DNA of 64,000 nucleotides from Myxococcota bacterium (GTDB lineage Bacteria; Myxococcota; XYA12-FULL-58-9; JABJBS01), in the NCBI GenBank assembly GCA_036339465.1, contig JAYZAY010000067.1, positions 1 to 64,000 of the forward strand. The letters are read 5' to 3'. Positions 59,686 to 64,000 of this stretch are shown here, one piece after another; the stretch's first letter is position 1, and each line of letters starts with the position of its first letter. Position numbers and translations under genes: made by a program. The notes beneath the pieces are model-generated. The model had not been told where the DNA came from, did no database searches, and worked only from the letters and a program-made list of their open reading frames with translations.

Positions 59686-59775
59686 CACAAAAAGTTTCTG
59701 CACAAAAAGTCTCTGTACAAAAAGTCTCTGTACAAAAAGTCTCTGCACAAAAAGTTTCTGCACAAAAAGTCTCTG
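59686..59775. repeat. Six tandem 15-bp repeats YACAAAAAGTYTCTG
   Basis: Read directly; contiguous units with no spacers. Confidence 0.97.
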
Positions 59776-59779
59776 GGAA

Positions 59780-62044
59780 CTATCCCCAGCCAGTGGCACT
59801 CACAACTGTGTATGCTGCCATATTATAAATTTCCTCGGCAGTAGAGCCCCTTGAGAGCACATTGACAGGACGATTCATCCCCAAAAGTATTGGCCCGACA
59901 GCCTCCGCTCCTCCAATCCTCGCCATCAACTTGTAAGCCGCATTCGCTGACTCAAGAGACGGGAAAATCAAAACATTCGCATCACCCTGAATCTCGGAAA
60001 ACGGAAATTCCGTGGCGGCAATGTCGGGATCTACCGCAACCTCAACTTGCATCTCGCCATCAATGGCCAAATCCGGTGCCTTTGATTTCACAATTTCTAC
60101 CGCTTTTCGTACCTTCGTAGCCAAAGGGTGAGGATTTGAACCAAAGTTCCCAAATGAAATCATCGCAACTCTAGGTTCAACATCGAAACGCCGCACTTCC
60201 CTGGCCGTCAAAATCGCGATTTCTGCCAAAGTCTCTGCATCTGGCTCAATATTAACCGTGGTATCCGCGAAAAAGAGGGTTCGCTCCTTCTGCAGAATCA
60301 TATACATACCTGCGGTGATATTATTTTCAGGTCTCAGCCCAATAATCTTTAGAGCCGGACGAATTGTTTCAGGATAATTCATGGAAGCACCGGAAACCAA
60401 GCCATCCACTTTACCAAGCTTCAGCATCATCATCCCATAGGATACCGGGTTAAGCATTTCCTGCTCCGCCTTCCGGTAGGTCACTCCCTTGCGCTGCCTT
60501 AGTTTATAGTACTCCTCGACAAATTCGTGATAATGTTTGGAGGATTCTGGCTCCAGAATATCAATTCCCGCGAGATTGATTCCTCCCAATTCTGCTTTTT
60601 CTTCAATGACTTTAGGGAGCCCCAGTACGATGGGTTTACAAATTCCCGTCTGCACCAAATCCTGACAAGCTCTAAGCACTCTAATCTTATCGCCTTCGGG
60701 AAATACGATTTTCCTCGGATTCAACCGAGCCTTCGTGCTAATTTGCGACATCACTTCGTAACGGCGACCCAAAAACGAAGATAGATACTGACGATATTCA
60801 TCCAGATTTTCGATGGGTCGTTCTGCTGAACCTGATTTGGCGGCTGCTTCAGCAACCGCCGGAGCGACCCATAATAAAACCCGGGGGTCCACGGGTTTTG
60901 GAATAATATAGTCGCGACCAAACTTGATTTCAGCTTCACCATAAGCACTCCGAACAGAGTCGGGCACATCTTCTCGCGCCAGCAGGGCAATGGCCTTCGC
61001 CGCAGCCATTTCCATTTCCTCGGTGACGGTTGTCGCACCACAATCCAAGGCTCCGCGAAAGATGTAGGGAAAGCCCAAAACATTGTTGACCTGATTCGGA
61101 AAATCAGAGCGGCCTGTCGCTACAATGATATCATCGCGACTCGCTTTAGCTTCTTCATAGCCTATTTCTGGGGTGGGATTGGCCAGGGCGAACACAATGG
61201 GGTTATTCGCCATCGCCTGAACCATCTCAACTTGGACCACATTTCCCACCGAAAGACCTACAAAAATGTCTGCACCAACCATGGCCTCAGCCAAAGTTCG
61301 GTGCTTTGTCTCATTCGCGACTTCCTGGCAGGACTCATTTAAATCGGGGCGACCTTTATAAACCACACCACCGCTGTCACAAAAGATGATATGTTTTTGT
61401 TTCGCTCCGAAAGATGTAAGTAGACGACCACAAGCAATGGCCGCTGCCCCTGCACCAGAAAAGACAATTCGACATTCCTCTAATTTCTTGCCTGCAAGTT
61501 CGGTGGCATTGAGCAGTCCTGCACTGGTGATAATTGCTGTTCCATGCTGATCATCATGGAAAACGGGAATCTTCATCTGTTCCCGCAAACGTCGCTCAAT
61601 TTCAAAACACTCAGGAGCCTTAATATCTTCTAGGTTGATTCCGCCAAAGGTGGGCTCTAGGGCTTTCACTATTCTGACAAATTCGTCCGGATCTTGAGCA
61701 TCGATTTCAATATCAAAAACATCGATACCTGCAAATCGCTTAAATAAAACGGCCTTCCCTTCCATGACAGGCTTTCCTGCCAGGGGACCAATATTCCCTA
61801 AACCAAGAACAGCCGTGCCATTGGTCACGACCGCGACCAAGTTCGCTCGAGAGGTATAGAGCGCCGCCTTCTTCGGGTCCTTTTGGATCTCTAGACACGG
61901 TACTGCGACCCCAGGAGTATAGGCTAAAGATAAATCCCGTTGAGACATGCACGGTTTGGTCGGGACAACCTCGATTTTCCCCGCTGGTTGACGCTCGTGA
62001 TATTCAAGCGCCAAAAGTCTCCGTTCTTCCTCTATATCTATCAT
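59780..62044 (-). CDS. maeB: NADP-dependent malic enzyme with PTA-like domain
   Basis: [36 protein letters not shown]-terminal phosphotransacetylase-like domain. Confidence 0.96.
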   Translation of the reverse strand: MIDIEEERRLLALEYHERQPAGKIEVVPTKPCMSQRDLSLAYTPGVAVPCLEIQKDPKKAALYTSRANLVAVVTNGTAVLGLGNIGPLAGKPVMEGKAVLFKRFAGIDVFDIEIDAQDPDEFVRIVKALEPTFGGINLEDIKAPECFEIERRLREQMKIPVFHDDQHGTAIITSAGLLNATELAGKKLEECRIVFSGAGAAAIACGRLLTSFGAKQKHIIFCDSGGVVYKGRPDLNESCQEVANETKHRTLAEAMVGADIFVGLSVGNVVQVEMVQAMANNPIVFALANPTPEIGYEEAKASRDDIIVATGRSDFPNQVNNVLGFPYIFRGALDCGATTVTEEMEMAAAKAIALLAREDVPDSVRSAYGEAEIKFGRDYIIPKPVDPRVLLWVAPAVAEAAAKSGSAERPIENLDEYRQYLSSFLGRRYEVMSQISTKARLNPRKIVFPEGDKIRVLRACQDLVQTGICKPIVLGLPKVIEEKAELGGINLAGIDILEPESSKHYHEFVEEYYKLRQRKGVTYRKAEQEMLNPVSYGMMMLKLGKVDGLVSGASMNYPETIRPALKIIGLRPENNITAGMYMILQKERTLFFADTTVNIEPDAETLAEIAILTAREVRRFDVEPRVAMISFGNFGSNPHPLATKVRKAVEIVKSKAPDLAIDGEMQVEVAVDPDIAATEFPFSEIQGDANVLIFPSLESANAAYKLMARIGGAEAVGPILLGMNRPVNVLSRGSTAEEIYNMAAYTVVSATGWG

Positions 62045-63495
62045 CCGCTTGCCCTCCTCAAAACCAATAGTTTCTCACGCGTTAGATCCTTCATTGCCTC
62101 TCCGACTCCCCCCAAAGAAAGGCCTGATTCCTCATGACCTCCAAAGGGCATCCAGTCGACCCGAAACGCGGAGTGGTCGTTCAAAAAGAGCGCCGAAACG
62201 TTGAGACCTTCTGTCAACATCAAACTCCTATCTAACGATTCAGAATAGAAACCTGCCTGAAAACAGCTCTTCGGGGCATTTACTGCCTCGATCAGTGCAT
62301 TGAAGTCTGAAAATCGATTGACGGCTAGAACCGGCCCAAAAATTTCCTCGCGCATCAACTTACAATCTTCAGGTACGTCCACAACCACAGTAGGGGCATA
62401 AGACTGGTGCTTTAAAGGTCGCCCCCCACATAAAATCCTCGCCCCTGCGGTATCTGCTTGTTCAACCCATGCTCGAACCCTCTCGACCGCCTCGGGACGA
62501 ATGAGCGGACCAACATCGGTAGCAATAGAAGTGGGATCACCAACAACCAGCTCGTTTACCCTGGCAACAAGTGCCTCGGTAAATTCTCTGAAAATATTCT
62601 CATGAACGTAAACCCGTTGCACACTCACGCAGACCTGCCCCGCATGATAAAAGGCGCCTTTCGTAATCCCCTCAATGGCCATAGAAAGGTAGGCCGAATC
62701 GTCGACAATGACAGGAGCAACACCACCGTGCTCTAAGACACAACGAACACCCGGTGCCAAGTGAGACCTTAATTTCCAACCAATTTTGCTGCTCCCAACA
62801 AAACTGAGCAGAGCAATTCGTGAATCTCGAGCCAAAAGCTCCGCGTCCTCATTGGAGCAAGGAATAGGAATCACAAAATTATCTGGCAAGCCCGACTCCG
62901 CCAACAGTGCCATCATCCGCATGCACGAGAGGGGAGTTGTTGGGGCAGGTTTCACCAAAACCGGGCAACCTGCTGCAATAGCGGGACAAACCTGGTGCGC
63001 AATCAAGTTGAGAGGGTGATTAAAAGCACTATAAGCCAAGACCACGCCAATCGGCTCACGAATAGTCATGGCCAATCGGTCTTCACTGCTCGCCGTAGCC
63101 CCCATGGGAACCGTACGTCCTCGAAGACGCTTCGCCTCCTCCGCAGCCAAAAGAGAGGTTTGAGCTGCTCTATCAACCTCGATCAAAGCATCCTTGTAGG
63201 GCTTACCCCCTTCGTCTGAAATACCATATGCCAATCCTTCCCGGTGCTCTTGAATCTTCGCCGCCAGGGTCGTCAAGACCCGTGCCCTCTCATGACAGGG
63301 CCAACGCTTCACCCGCTCAATATTCGCCTCAGCGAAATCAAGTGCCTGGTTAAGCTCGTCGCGGCCTAGGAATGCTACTTCTCCGATGGTTTGAGCACTG
63401 TAGGGAGATACAATCTCCCGCTTCGAACCCAGCTCTGGACCCTCCGGTCTGAAGCGAATACAAAACTTTGTTTTTACTTCAATCCCCATCTTCAA
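62041..63495 (-). CDS. Aldehyde dehydrogenase family protein
   Basis: FNHPLN, KPA, FVGS, LEHGG, GQVCVS, EEIFGP. Confidence 0.93.
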   Translation of the reverse strand: MKMGIEVKTKFCIRFRPEGPELGSKREIVSPYSAQTIGEVAFLGRDELNQALDFAEANIERVKRWPCHERARVLTTLAAKIQEHREGLAYGISDEGGKPYKDALIEVDRAAQTSLLAAEEAKRLRGRTVPMGATASSEDRLAMTIREPIGVVLAYSAFNHPLNLIAHQVCPAIAAGCPVLVKPAPTTPLSCMRMMALLAESGLPDNFVIPIPCSNEDAELLARDSRIALLSFVGSSKIGWKLRSHLAPGVRCVLEHGGVAPVIVDDSAYLSMAIEGITKGAFYHAGQVCVSVQRVYVHENIFREFTEALVARVNELVVGDPTSIATDVGPLIRPEAVERVRAWVEQADTAGARILCGGRPLKHQSYAPTVVVDVPEDCKLMREEIFGPVLAVNRFSDFNALIEAVNAPKSCFQAGFYSESLDRSLMLTEGLNVSALFLNDHSAFRVDWMPFGGHEESGLSLGGVGEAMKDLTREKLLVLRRASG

Positions 63496-63706
63496 AACCC
63501 TTCCAAGAAAAGCCTACAATGATGTTCGAGTGGAAGCGAGATTCTTGGCCATGCTCCCCTCCACATATTCAACAAAGTTCTTCGATGAGGGATGATTGCG
63601 AGCACCTTTTGACTTCTCTATGGGCCAACCGAGGCACTATCGGCGCTATTGGCCCAAAACAAAGCGCTCCTGAACCACACCGAAAACAATTCGAAATGTT
63701 CGGTAC

Positions 63707-63780
63707 TTGACTGATGGGTAAGGATCTCGTAAACGCTCGCCGTAAGCCGATTATCTCCACCGCGCCGGGGATAACCATTT
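63707..63780 (+). promoter_or_regulatory. Candidate rpsO promoter and leader hairpin
   Basis: TTGACT-N17-TAAACG (63707-63735); stem TTATCTCC/GGGGATAA (63751-63774). Confidence 0.45.
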
Positions 63781-63812
63781 CAGAAAGAACAAAGTTGATT
63801 CAGGAGTTAAAA

Positions 63813-64000
63813 ATGGCGTTGGCTAAGGAAAAAAAAGAAGAACTGGTTGGTAAGTTTAAGAGAGCCGAGCAAGATACCGGTTCACCGGAAGTACAAGTTG
63901 CGCTCCTAACAGAGCGAATCACCACACTTACCCAACATTTCAAGACCCACCACAAAGACCACCACAGTCGGCAAGGCTTATTCGTGCTGGTTAGTAAGCG
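63813..64000 (+). CDS. rpsO: 30S ribosomal protein S15, truncated by the window end
   Basis: MALAKEKK...[16 protein letters not shown]...KDHHSR; AGGAG upstream. Absent from the ORF track. Confidence 0.97.
   Translation, partial: MALAKEKKEELVGKFKRAEQDTGSPEVQVALLTERITTLTQHFKTHHKDHHSRQGLFVLVSK

Noticed and set aside
59686..59775. CRISPR array
   Set aside because: Units are 15 bp and contiguous, with no spacers and no cas genes. The two 104-aa ORFs crossing it look like repeat by-products.

Overview
Core-genome window from a moderate-GC bacterium. Gene content and order (pilMNOPQ-aro-roadblock-efp, Hanks kinase, MYXO-CTERM-like tail) point to a Myxococcota/deltaproteobacterial lineage; this is inference. 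No transposase, integrase, phage gene or CRISPR array was recognised. Housekeeping content: rbgA, an ECF sigma/anti-sigma/Spy-like cassette, two divergent tRNA-Ser genes, Rrf2 regulator, pilMNOPQ, aroK-aroB fusion, aroQ, efp, glutaryl-CoA dehydrogenase, lptFG, ftsEX-envC-ctpA, mscS, aceB-aceA with divergent RamB/ScfR, maeB, an aldehyde dehydrogenase and the start of rpsO. Best candidates for undescribed biology: (1) a translationally coupled operon joining a YdbH/AsmA-like protein and a YnbE/YdbL-like lipoprotein to a ~2480-aa exported beta-propeller-TPR-CHAT protease; (2) a 1720-aa PilQ with seven 63-aa coiled-coil repeats and a 289-aa duplication; (3) an Ig-like lipoprotein with a probable BPI/LBP-like module beside a surface trypsin; (4) a Ser/Thr kinase ending in a ribbon-helix-helix domain. 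Manual reading also found features the ORF track misses: three pseudogenes (receiver-Fis HTH regulator, trkH, GT2), a probable 6S RNA at the left edge, a twice-repeated ECF promoter motif, a RamB-type operator array and a 15-bp tandem repeat. All family calls come from motif recognition by eye; no searches were run.
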